From: an uncultured Candidatus Saccharibacteria bacterium
GTDB taxonomy: Bacteria; Patescibacteriota; Dojkabacteria; B142; OLB20
Assembly: GCA_964461915.1 (NCBI GenBank)
Contig: CAYWVD010000002.1
Location: 1-45,788 of the forward strand
DNA: 45,788 nt
Reading direction: 5' to 3'
The notes under the pieces are model-generated. The model did not search any database. It had not been told where the DNA came from and saw only the letters and a list, made by a program, of their open reading frames with translations. The first letter of the stretch is position 1. Each line of letters begins with the position of its first letter. A program made the translations under genes and the position numbers. Below, in pieces: positions 9,798-18,711 of the stretch.

Positions 9798-11852
9798 TCA
9801 ATAAACTACAATACCGGTATTGTTAAAATAGCCCCATAAGCCTAGAAATTCACTCTTAGTTTTTGTCCAAACACCTCGATTTGAATCATTCAAAATCACA
9901 TGAGTTGGATTATCAATTGAACCTTTGTATCCAACTACAACATAAGAATGCATTCCGGTTATAGCTCGAATGTCTTTACCACCCGGCGTTGTCCAATGGT
10001 ATTCGTTCCCAGCGTATGAATAGCCATTATGGGCCCAAATGACGACGGGATTACCATTTCTAACTTCTGTGAGAAGGCCGGTTAAATTCCAGCCGGTTTT
10101 TATTGAATTTGATCTATATTTACTTATTAAATTTGAAATTGGGCCCCAATACACCCCATACCCCTTGGTTTTTCCATAAATATCACCAACATATCCAGTG
10201 TATGGATCGCCAAAAATGTTATTCGCTTCATCGTACGGCGTAGTATCTTTGGCGATCTGAGAATGTAAGGTCATTACATCCTTATATACCCCCCTATATG
10301 CTAAAGCCATTCTTGTGGCTTCAAGATTGCATGAGAATCTTAGCCTTTGATAATACACAGGCACATTTAATTTGAATACCTCGTCCTGTGTTTTAAATGT
10401 GAAAGAGAACTCCTTATCACTATCAATGCCATATATACTCTTAACTCCGCTTGCTATTGTTACTTTGTAGTTTGTCGAATAGCTTAAGCTTGAATTTGGA
10501 TTAAAAATCAGCGTCGATCCATTCCAAGAAAATGAACCGGAAACTCCGGGACTAATACTGAATTTTGATTCCGCTGATGAATGATCCACTTCCTGATCAA
10601 AATGCATATTAATATTGGAATTGATTCCAACAGTTGAGGCATATCCAGCAGGATCAGTTGATTCAAGCCTTACTTTTCCAATTGTGCTAAATTTTGAGAT
10701 AAAGTCATTTTCAATAACTCCACCAATCGAACTTCTAAGCCCCTTTTTAATTGTCAATTGATAGTTGGTTTCTTTAGCAAAGGGATCATGTGTGTATTCA
10801 AAACTTTTTGGATCTTTCCATGAAGCCACTCCTGCAACACTCGGCTCTAGTTGAATGTAATTTGTTAAATCATCTTGTACCATATCATTATCAAAAACCA
10901 CAGAAACAGGAGAATTTGGAATAACTTTATCTCCCTTAGGTTCTACAGAACTTAATAAAGGCTCTCGAACAGTTTCAAAATTACCCTCAAAAAGAGTTTT
11001 AGGCAGGCCCAAAACTTCGGCAACTTCCCCACTACCCAGATCAAATCTTGCAGACGAACCAATTAATGAATATGAATATTTTGTAGATTGGTTTAATCTA
11101 CTTGAAATATTAACTTCAACAGTTTCACTGCTAACCATCATTTGAGTTTCGGCTACAGGATCGATTTTGAACTCCCATTTATAATAAAGGCCAGCTAGGT
11201 TATCTAACTTAAATGTTAAATTAACATTATCAGTAAGCATATCAACAGTTCCCGATACTGGAGCAACTTCCACCGTACTTATTTCTTTTGGTGTAAATGA
11301 ATCGACACCAAACTCCCAAGGTTCTTTTTCAGAAAGCGGATTGCCGATCCCTGCATAATACAAAAAGATCTTTTCGTTTAAAGGCAATGAAAGTTTTGGA
11401 TAAAAAACCAGCTTTCTTTTAATATATGGAAAGTTTTTGTCAACAGGCTCAATTTCCCATTTTCCTGCGACCTCAGGATAAATTTGTGGTTTTAAAGTTT
11501 TTTCATCGAGCGGGCGGTTGAATATTACGAAAATATTTTGGCGATTATCATACAAAACCTCGTCGGCTTTTGGATATTGAGCTACTACATGAGGATCACC
11601 GAGTAAATCATACCCTAAAAGAAGTAAAAAAAAGATCAAACCAAAATCCACCAAATAAAACGATTTTTTGAAAAATAAATAAGCCCATTTTTTAAACCCA
11701 GTCAACGAATCGGCCTTATGGACATTTAATTCATTTTTCCTTTTTTTTACAATATACCTTACTAACAGGATTATATTAAAAACAAATAATAATAAAAGGA
11801 CTATTGCACCTATGATTAAAGCATTTTCGTAACTTAAACCTCTTTCAATCAT
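9798..11852 (-). CDS. membrane-anchored C39-like cysteine peptidase with tandem Big_5 (SbsA-type) Ig-like domains
   Basis: Two N-terminal TMs; repeated P...I.V.F..........F.I.P...G Ig-like units; C-terminal YQRLRFSC...HSYVVVGY...ILNDS (Q, C, H, D). Confidence 0.8.
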   Translation of the reverse strand: MIERGLSYENALIIGAIVLLLLFVFNIILLVRYIVKKRKNELNVHKADSLTGFKKWAYLFFKKSFYLVDFGLIFFLLLLGYDLLGDPHVVAQYPKADEVLYDNRQNIFVIFNRPLDEKTLKPQIYPEVAGKWEIEPVDKNFPYIKRKLVFYPKLSLPLNEKIFLYYAGIGNPLSEKEPWEFGVDSFTPKEISTVEVAPVSGTVDMLTDNVNLTFKLDNLAGLYYKWEFKIDPVAETQMMVSSETVEVNISSRLNQSTKYSYSLIGSSARFDLGSGEVAEVLGLPKTLFEGNFETVREPLLSSVEPKGDKVIPNSPVSVVFDNDMVQDDLTNYIQLEPSVAGVASWKDPKSFEYTHDPFAKETNYQLTIKKGLRSSIGGVIENDFISKFSTIGKVRLESTDPAGYASTVGINSNINMHFDQEVDHSSAESKFSISPGVSGSFSWNGSTLIFNPNSSLSYSTNYKVTIASGVKSIYGIDSDKEFSFTFKTQDEVFKLNVPVYYQRLRFSCNLEATRMALAYRGVYKDVMTLHSQIAKDTTPYDEANNIFGDPYTGYVGDIYGKTKGYGVYWGPISNLISKYRSNSIKTGWNLTGLLTEVRNGNPVVIWAHNGYSYAGNEYHWTTPGGKDIRAITGMHSYVVVGYKGSIDNPTHVILNDSNRGVWTKTKSEFLGLWGYFNNTGIVVY

Positions 11853-11885
11853 TTCTCTTTCATATTACTTATATAAAAATTCTGT

Positions 11886-14328
11886 TTACGGCTCAGGATT
11901 CCTAAGCCCATAGATCCTATCAAGTGTAGTAAATATCACTGGCCCCTTCTCAGCCTCAGCTGAGTAATTGATTACATAATCCATAACCTTATTCATTGTG
12001 GCATTATCATAAGTCGTAAACCAATGTGGATGGCTCATAAAATTGACGACATTCATTTTCGAAAGTGGCATCATTTTATCAGAATATATTTCATTAAATT
12101 TGCCAATCATTACCTCTGGAGGATTATTAGTTGTATCCCGCCCGTTATTCGGCACTTCGATTATTCCAAAATTGTCATTATCACTGGCCTTGTTTTGATT
12201 CGAATTCGAAATCATATATGGAGGCTGCGAAGGGGCCAAGTCCCAAAAGCCGACTGCATTCCCCCAATTATATTTATCTCTACCGGATGTATCAATTTTA
12301 AAACCATACTTTGGAAGGACTTTCAAATTCTTTAAATCAATAAACCAACCGCCCGCTCGATAAGTCACTGGCTTTGGGAAGTTATACTCTTCAAAGAAGT
12401 TCAATGAACAATCAAGTAATTCACCAAATTCCTCTGGTGAATATGCGCTGGTTAAAACATCATGGCAATTATATCTGCTATCCCATTTGGGCTCAGTTTT
12501 GTAATCTAGTCCGCATGCTTTGAAAAGGTCACAATGCATATGCAGATGCATTCCGATCTCATCGCCTAAGGCATACCTATCAAAGACAAATTTTTTAAGG
12601 GCATCTTTTCTAATTTCACTCACATCGTTTGCTTCAAAAACTCTTGGCGTAACAAGTTGAACCATCGGAATTTTATATTTCGATGAAATCTTCGACATGG
12701 CGCTCATATTCGAATCACTAATGTCATAGCCCTCCCAATCAATAGTCCAGACAACATATAGAGGATATGACACCATAAATTCAATCGGTTCACTCTTTTT
12801 ATTAGCCCCGGTTATAAACACCTCAACGCGATGTGTCCCGATTGCGTAATCTGAAGGCTCAATTTTATAGTTATAATTTTCAGAAGCGTTGCGTTCGATC
12901 CTGTCGGCCAATTTACCATCCACAAAGACATCTATTCCACGATAGTCATAGCCTTTGTTGTTTACAGTTATATCCACAATTCCACTTTTATACTGGTCAA
13001 ATGACGGATCGTCGCTTTCGATCTTAAAGATAGTCTTTCGACTAATAAATGAATCTATTGTGAAGTTTGCATCAACTCTTTCGATATAGCTTTTATCAAC
13101 AACATTAAATGAAAGTACACTTGCAAAATCTTGATTGTAATTAGTTATCAGCCTTATCATGAAGATTCCAGCCAACCAAACTGCAGCTAAGATATAGAAA
13201 GCTCTAAAATAAACAGAATCAAAAGTCCTTAAGGAAAATCTTTCCCTAAGCGGATTCAAAACTTTATGAGAATTCGTGATATAGACAAGTATAGTTCCCA
13301 ATAAAACTATTATTATGTAGTACCCAAACATCGCTAGTGGCTCACCCAGCTTAATTCCTAATCCATATTGACCAATGAATAATAGGACCAGATGAACAAT
13401 ATAGTAATCAAATAGATTTTGCCCAATAAACGAAACTACTTTTGATTCACCATTCCCGACTAACTTTTCGATTATAAACAAAAGTATGGAGGTATAACTT
13501 AACCCAATTAATATAAACAATATGCTTGGAGGCCATCTAACGATATCCAATCCTATAGATGGATAAACGTTCCCGGCTACAAGGATTATTAGGGTAACAA
13601 ATCCAATAAAAGCCATGAGTCCATTTTTAAGCCTTAACTCTTTTGCATAATCTTTAAAGGCAATCAATTTCCCCCAATAAGCTCCGAGCAAGAAAACTAT
13701 TGAATATTGAAATATTGGAAATCTATACCAATCTGAATGCCCTACAAATATTGATTTTATGAACAAGAATTCATTTGGAACATCAACCTTGTATAAGAAC
13801 ATTCCTAAGGCATAAAGCCCGATTCCCATTACAAGCGTCAAAAAAAGGCTATTAGTAATATTTTTTAATAATGGCCTCAGATAATAGATTAATAGGTAGA
13901 AGAAAATAAAAGGAAGTAGAAACTCTACATAATTGGGTACATCAACAAATAGGATCAATCTAATTATCCTACTTAAAATATCTACATTGGAATCCAAAAG
14001 CTCTGGCAGGTATCCTATTAGGACAATTAAATAATACGATAGTAAAAGTTTAAAGGCCTTGTGTGGAATTTTTTCTTTCTTTTCATCAAATTCTTCTTTT
14101 GAAATGTCCGGTCTCAAATATGACAAAAACATTCCGATACCAGACAAAAATAACAAAACAGTGAAAGTTGTCAGATTAATAAAATTAATTATTGGAGCCA
14201 AATAAGGATCGGCTCCAAGGCCCACAAAGTAAGCCGTATGGCCAAGAATCATCAACAAGCAAGTGATACTTTTTAAGATGTCTATGGTACTAATTCTCTC
14301 GTGTTTTTTTATGTCAGTTTTTTAACAT
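11886..14328 (-). CDS. fusion of a multi-TM acyltransferase-3/OpgC-like domain, an Ig-like domain and a polysaccharide-deacetylase-like (NodB-type) domain; 5' end out of frame at an A6 run
   Basis: RISTIDILK..LLMILGH lies in frame upstream of the TTG called at 14258. C-terminal TIDWEG, EIGMHLH, YRAGGW and MSHPH motifs. ATG at 14328 is 1 nt out of frame. Confidence 0.7.
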
Positions 14329-14412
14329 ATATCTAAATATATCAAGATTTTTTTAACACATCTATAACAAACTATGACTATCTAGAACCATTTACTGTTC
14401 TATTTACTATTC

Positions 14413-14438
14413 CTGACAGTTTCTGATATAATCTGACA
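14413..14438. promoter_or_regulatory. three direct repeats CTGA(C/T)A phased at 10 bp, overlapping a TATAAT box
   Basis: ctgaca 14413, ctgata 14423, ctgaca 14433; TATAAT at 14427-14432; 20 bp upstream of the wHTH regulator ATG. Confidence 0.6.
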
Positions 14439-14458
14439 TTGTTTTTCAATTAAGAAAA

Positions 14459-15787
14459 ATGAAACATACATGGTATGAAGATATAGTTAGCACTGTCGAA
14501 AAGTGTATTTCGATCAAAATCCCTTTTGAGATTGTACACTTTCCATCCACAGGCGTAACCTCAGCCATCAACAAACTTTCCCAAACATACAAAGAATCTG
14601 AGGCCAATATTATTTTAATTCCTATCGACTTTGAAGCTGTTTCTTTTTCAAAAGACTTAAACGAAAGCCAATCTGAACTATTCCGAGTTGTTAAAACCCA
14701 AATCGAACAACAAATCGGAATCACTATTGATCACACCTCAGAAGAGAATTTTTTCAAAAAACTAGAAGAGATCTTAAAAAACTATGTGCAATTAAAAAAG
14801 AAAGTCTTTTTTGTCCTAGAAACGACTAGCAAACTAGAAATAGAAAGGATCCCAGGCTTTCACGATTTTCTAGTTTTTTTGGACATCCTAAGAGACTTTA
14901 CCGAAGGAGCAATCAACATCATTATCACATCCACTTACCCATTGTTTAAAGAAAACAATCCATGCCCTATCCCCATAATTACGCAATATTACAATTACCA
15001 AAAACCAGCAAGAGTTTTCAGAACATTTAACGAGGATATTTTCCAAAAAAAGGTAAAACCCGATAAACTACTAGAAATGATCGAAGCAACGAACGGCCTG
15101 GCAGCCCTAGGCAAAGGGATTTACAACGATCTTCAACTACTTGATAAAAAAGCAAATGATGTTGATTTCACCAAAATTGATTCCAATTTTTTCAAAGAAT
15201 TCCAAGCCACAAAACAATATATGGATAGAATAAAATCAAAATTCAATCCAAAAATTTTAGATTCATTTAAGGCAGTAGTTTTGGAGGAAAATATTGAAAG
15301 CATCGATCCAGAAACAGTAGAGTATTTACAAAAGACCGGATTTCTTGACGAAAGCAATAAAATCAAAGGGACCATATTCAAAGAATACTGTAAAATGTCT
15401 TTATTGAATAACAAAAACTGCGAGCCTATCGCCCCGAAACCATTACCAAACATTATAGCCCCCAGTTTTGACGACGACGATTTTTACAAACTGACCAAAG
15501 ACTTATTTATTCACAAAGTCTCAGGAGAAATCTATTTTAGAAACAAAATCACAGACAAATACCTCACCGAAAAAGAACTCTTAATAATCAAAGAATTATT
15601 CATCAACAGAAACTCTCCAGTTTCAAAAGAAAAAATTGCCCAAATAATTTGGAGTAAGGATTACACAGAAAAGTACTCTGAATGGGCAATTGACAAACTA
15701 ATCTCCAGACTTCGTGAGAAGCTTGAAGACAAAAAGCCTAATCATATAATCCTTACCGCCCGCAACAAAGGATATATGTTAGCCTAA
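14459..15787 (+). CDS. transcriptional regulator: degenerate P-loop/AAA-like N-terminal domain plus C-terminal OmpR/PhoB-type winged HTH
   Basis: C-terminus LTEKELLIIKELF..R..PVSKE.IA..IW.......AIDKLISRLREKL......I.T.R..GY; Walker A-like HFPSTGVT lacks the lysine. Confidence 0.75.
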   Translation: MKHTWYEDIVSTVEKCISIKIPFEIVHFPSTGVTSAINKLSQTYKESEANIILIPIDFEAVSFSKDLNESQSELFRVVKTQIEQQIGITIDHTSEENFFKKLEEILKNYVQLKKKVFFVLETTSKLEIERIPGFHDFLVFLDILRDFTEGAINIIITSTYPLFKENNPCPIPIITQYYNYQKPARVFRTFNEDIFQKKVKPDKLLEMIEATNGLAALGKGIYNDLQLLDKKANDVDFTKIDSNFFKEFQATKQYMDRIKSKFNPKILDSFKAVVLEENIESIDPETVEYLQKTGFLDESNKIKGTIFKEYCKMSLLNNKNCEPIAPKPLPNIIAPSFDDDDFYKLTKDLFIHKVSGEIYFRNKITDKYLTEKELLIIKELFINRNSPVSKEKIAQIIWSKDYTEKYSEWAIDKLISRLREKLEDKKPNHIILTARNKGYMLA

Positions 15788-15793
15788 CCCCCT

Positions 15794-17524
15794 ATGCCAC
15801 AACCACCCCCACCAGGGGAAACTCCAGAAAGTCTAATTAATCCGGTGGGATCACTAAACCGAGTTTATATACCAACCTTTCGTGAAAGGCTTGAATTATT
15901 TGGATTGCAAATGGGTTTACTAATTGCCGCTGCAAGAGAAGGTGTTAAAAGGTTATTTCTTAGAGGTAATAATCAAGAAGGAGAGATCCCTCTTGGGGTG
16001 GCAAAACCAGATGGAATAACTGCTCTGAAAGTAGTAAAACCAGAAAGCAGATTCAACCAAATCAGTGAAGAAGGGAACCAAACTCAACCAGAGCATTTGA
16101 ATATTTTATTACAAAGACAACCAGTAATAAAACATTATTTAAAGATTATTGGTGAATTTAGAAATTGTAAAATAACAGAAATTACACAACAAGGGTCTTT
16201 GCCATTCATAATTGAAAACGAAAACGAAATTAATGCACATAAAGAATTAATAACTGATAAAAAGAAGAAACATCAACGAAACCATCCAGAATATAAGCCT
16301 AAATGCAAAGTTAATAATATACAAAAGGTTTGTGGACGAGGATTAACAGGGTTTGCTCAAGTAGATAAATGTATAAACCTCATAATTGATGGACCCGAGT
16401 CAACAGCAACTACAGTGGCCTGTGTCCTTGCAATGTCAAATACCGGAATTTTTCAGGGCATAACAGACCCAGGTGGATATTATCCAAGGACTGTAAGTGA
16501 AGAAGGTAAAGACTTAAAGATTTTGACGCTAGATGATATTGAACCTGATAAAACAAAAACTTATATGTCATCATTCTTAAGAGCCTTTGCCTTGAGACAA
16601 GCACGTCAATTATTTGAAGGTTTTATAAATGTGGATATAGAAAATCCAGAACTTCAAGATGAGTTAACCAAAAAAGGACTCGGCATACTGTGCGACCCTG
16701 AAGTAAGAACTGTAGTCATTGCAGGCAAGGAGGGGCAAGGAAAATCTACATTGGTAGAAAAACTTTCAAATAGGCTTCCCAAAAGTATTGGCCTGCAAAT
16801 GAATAGTCCCCAAAAGATTATATACTGCCTTAGACAACTTGGGGAAGGTAAAAAATCACAAATTGTAATTGCTGAACAAGCCGCCCATTTATCTGCACCA
16901 AAGAGGTTGCAAGCATCTTCTAAGATCGAAAGAATTACATCAGCCCTATTGGGAAAAGAAAAAAACTTATCTCAAGATGATAAAAAATCTATTACTGCAA
17001 GATTTTTTGAGACCTTTAGTGGTTTAACTTCAATACAATTATTTTTATTATCATTACCAAGCGTAAAAGGCGTTGCTATACCATTTAGAGAGGAACATTT
17101 AACGCAGTTATTTCAAAGAATCGCAGACATTGATCTAAAGGGGCTAGATACCGTAAATATGCTCAAATCCTTATTTGAATGTTTCCCAAAAGAAATACTT
17201 AATATTTTTCTGACTGCAGTCGAGCTATCAACACCAGAAATTTTATTAATGGCAACTACCCCACCAGAAAATGCATCAGAAGATAGTAAATCAAAGCATA
17301 CAAAGTTATTTGAATCTCAGGCGAGATTTATTGAAGGAAAGAATCAAAGATTTGAACTTGAAGATAAACCCCGTGAAGGTATTTATTTTGAACTGATTAA
17401 AGCCATTGAAAATGATTTCCCAGCAGAAACCTTGACTAAACAAACTCTTATTAACTTATTACGCCAGTTAGCCCTGCTTTATGAAATATACGGTAAGGGA
17501 AAAGAAACAGACCCCCTCCCCTAA
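15794..17524 (+). CDS. hypothetical protein with a central P-loop domain
   Basis: Walker A VVIAGKEGQGKST; Walker B-like IVIAEQAAHL lacks Asp; Pro-rich N-terminus. Confidence 0.65.
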   Translation: MPQPPPPGETPESLINPVGSLNRVYIPTFRERLELFGLQMGLLIAAAREGVKRLFLRGNNQEGEIPLGVAKPDGITALKVVKPESRFNQISEEGNQTQPEHLNILLQRQPVIKHYLKIIGEFRNCKITEITQQGSLPFIIENENEINAHKELITDKKKKHQRNHPEYKPKCKVNNIQKVCGRGLTGFAQVDKCINLIIDGPESTATTVACVLAMSNTGIFQGITDPGGYYPRTVSEEGKDLKILTLDDIEPDKTKTYMSSFLRAFALRQARQLFEGFINVDIENPELQDELTKKGLGILCDPEVRTVVIAGKEGQGKSTLVEKLSNRLPKSIGLQMNSPQKIIYCLRQLGEGKKSQIVIAEQAAHLSAPKRLQASSKIERITSALLGKEKNLSQDDKKSITARFFETFSGLTSIQLFLLSLPSVKGVAIPFREEHLTQLFQRIADIDLKGLDTVNMLKSLFECFPKEILNIFLTAVELSTPEILLMATTPPENASEDSKSKHTKLFESQARFIEGKNQRFELEDKPREGIYFELIKAIENDFPAETLTKQTLINLLRQLALLYEIYGKGKETDPLP

Positions 17525-17581
17525 AAATCTTCCCCCAAATCCCATCCTTTAACCCAAGTTCCGCCTAAAATTCGATATCTA

Positions 17582-17665
17582 TGTCAGAAATCATTTATTT
17601 GTCAGAAAGACTTGCCTTTAGCGTCAACTTAAACAGGCTGCCTGTCAAGCGTTTTGCCATGTCAG
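17582..17665. promoter_or_regulatory. cluster of TGTCA(G/A) motifs upstream of the GreA-like gene
   Basis: tgtcag 17582, 17600, 17660; tgtcaa 17643; cgtcaa 17622. This is the reverse complement of the CTGACA repeats at 14413-14438. Confidence 0.4.
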
Positions 17666-17707
17666 GTTATAAAATATGACCATAGTTAAATCTTTTAAAA
17701 AATCAAA

Positions 17708-18163
17708 ATGCAGAAAAAACAACAACTCATTAATAAACTAGAAAAAGACCTTATTGTTTTAAGAAAAAGACGAGAGAAACTTTTAAAGAAAGTTGACGAA
17801 GCTAGATCTCAGTTTAATGAAGAATATGAAAGTCCGATACTCGAAGACTGCGTTTTGGAACTTCAATCGGTTGTAAGCCAAATCTGTGATTATGAGAACA
17901 CTATTAAAACAATGCGGGCTGGTAAGGACAATATTTCAATCGAAAAAGAAGAATCTATACAAGTAGGCGATTGTGTTACACTAAAAAATCATACCCACAT
18001 TAAACAATTCTGCATTGCCAAACACTCTGATTATGTTAATCCTGATTTGGGTATTATTTCAGGGAATTCACCCATTGGAAGACAACTCTTAAGTAGTAGA
18101 TTTGGCCAAAACATTGAATTATCAATTAATGGCACAAGCACTGAATATCAAATCCTTCCATAA
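17708..18163 (+). CDS. divergent GreA/GreB-family factor
   Basis: N-terminal coiled coil plus C-terminal IQVGDCV...GIIS..SPIG..LL....G motif; tip GDLSENAEY replaced by FNEEYESPIL. Confidence 0.75.
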   Translation: MQKKQQLINKLEKDLIVLRKRREKLLKKVDEARSQFNEEYESPILEDCVLELQSVVSQICDYENTIKTMRAGKDNISIEKEESIQVGDCVTLKNHTHIKQFCIAKHSDYVNPDLGIISGNSPIGRQLLSSRFGQNIELSINGTSTEYQILP

Positions 18164-18197
18164 TAATCACATTCATCTTTTTCAATTTAAATAATAA

Positions 18198-18222
18198 AAA
18201 TCAGGGGCTACACCCCTGATTT
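18198..18222. terminator. bidirectional intrinsic terminator between convergent genes
   Basis: AAATCAGGGG-ctaca-CCCCTGATTT with A/T-rich flanks. Confidence 0.8.
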
Positions 18223-18247
18223 ATTAAATCTTTAATATAAGCTAGTA

Positions 18248-18538
18248 TTACTTTCTCTTCTTTTTTGCTTTCGATTTTGAAGATTTCTTGCCAGTAGATC
18301 TAAATGATCCGCCCGATAATTTGGCTCTTAGTTCTTGACCCAAAAAAGGATAACCAAAAAGAGGTGCAATTACACAAAAATCCATTATTCCTGAAAGTAA
18401 AAATGCTGCTCCGCCGAAAGCTAATGCTAATCCATAATCCGTTGGATACATAACTCCTAAAATGAGTAGATAAAGACCAACTAATGCTTTTATAAACCTT
18501 GCAGTATTACTTGAAACTATTTTTAGGAAAGTTTTCAT
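18248..18538 (-). CDS. DUF2892/YgaP-like small membrane protein
   Basis: R..K...G...L...., two TMs, then G..DFC....LFG; basic tail. Confidence 0.65.
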   Translation of the reverse strand: MKTFLKIVSSNTARFIKALVGLYLLILGVMYPTDYGLALAFGGAAFLLSGIMDFCVIAPLFGYPFLGQELRAKLSGGSFRSTGKKSSKSKAKKKRK

Positions 18539-18619
18539 GCGGGCAGATAAATAATAAATTAATACTTAATATTAAAGATAAATAAAAAAGAACGCAACAA
18601 AGTTTTGACATTATAAAAA

Positions 18620-18657
18620 TTGACTTCACCCTCAATAATATCTAAGCTATTAGATAT
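18620..18657 (+). promoter_or_regulatory. sigma70-type promoter with a palindromic operator over the -10 box
   Basis: TTGACT (18620)-N17-TAAGCT (18643); perfect inverted repeat ATATCTAA-gcta-TTAGATAT at 18638-18657. Confidence 0.55.
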
Positions 18658-18701
18658 AGATTTAATCAACCATGTCATTTTTAACAAAAACAATTAATAC
18701 A

Positions 18702-18711
18702 ATATATATAT
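18702..18711. repeat. (AT)5 microsatellite in the signal-peptide coding region
   Basis: aca-atatatatat-tgta seen directly. Confidence 0.85.

Noticed and set aside
17524-17707. Structured ncRNA or riboswitch in the largest intergenic gap
   Set aside because: Only a 5-bp hairpin (ACAGG/CCTGT) was seen; no tRNA cloverleaf or known riboswitch motif.
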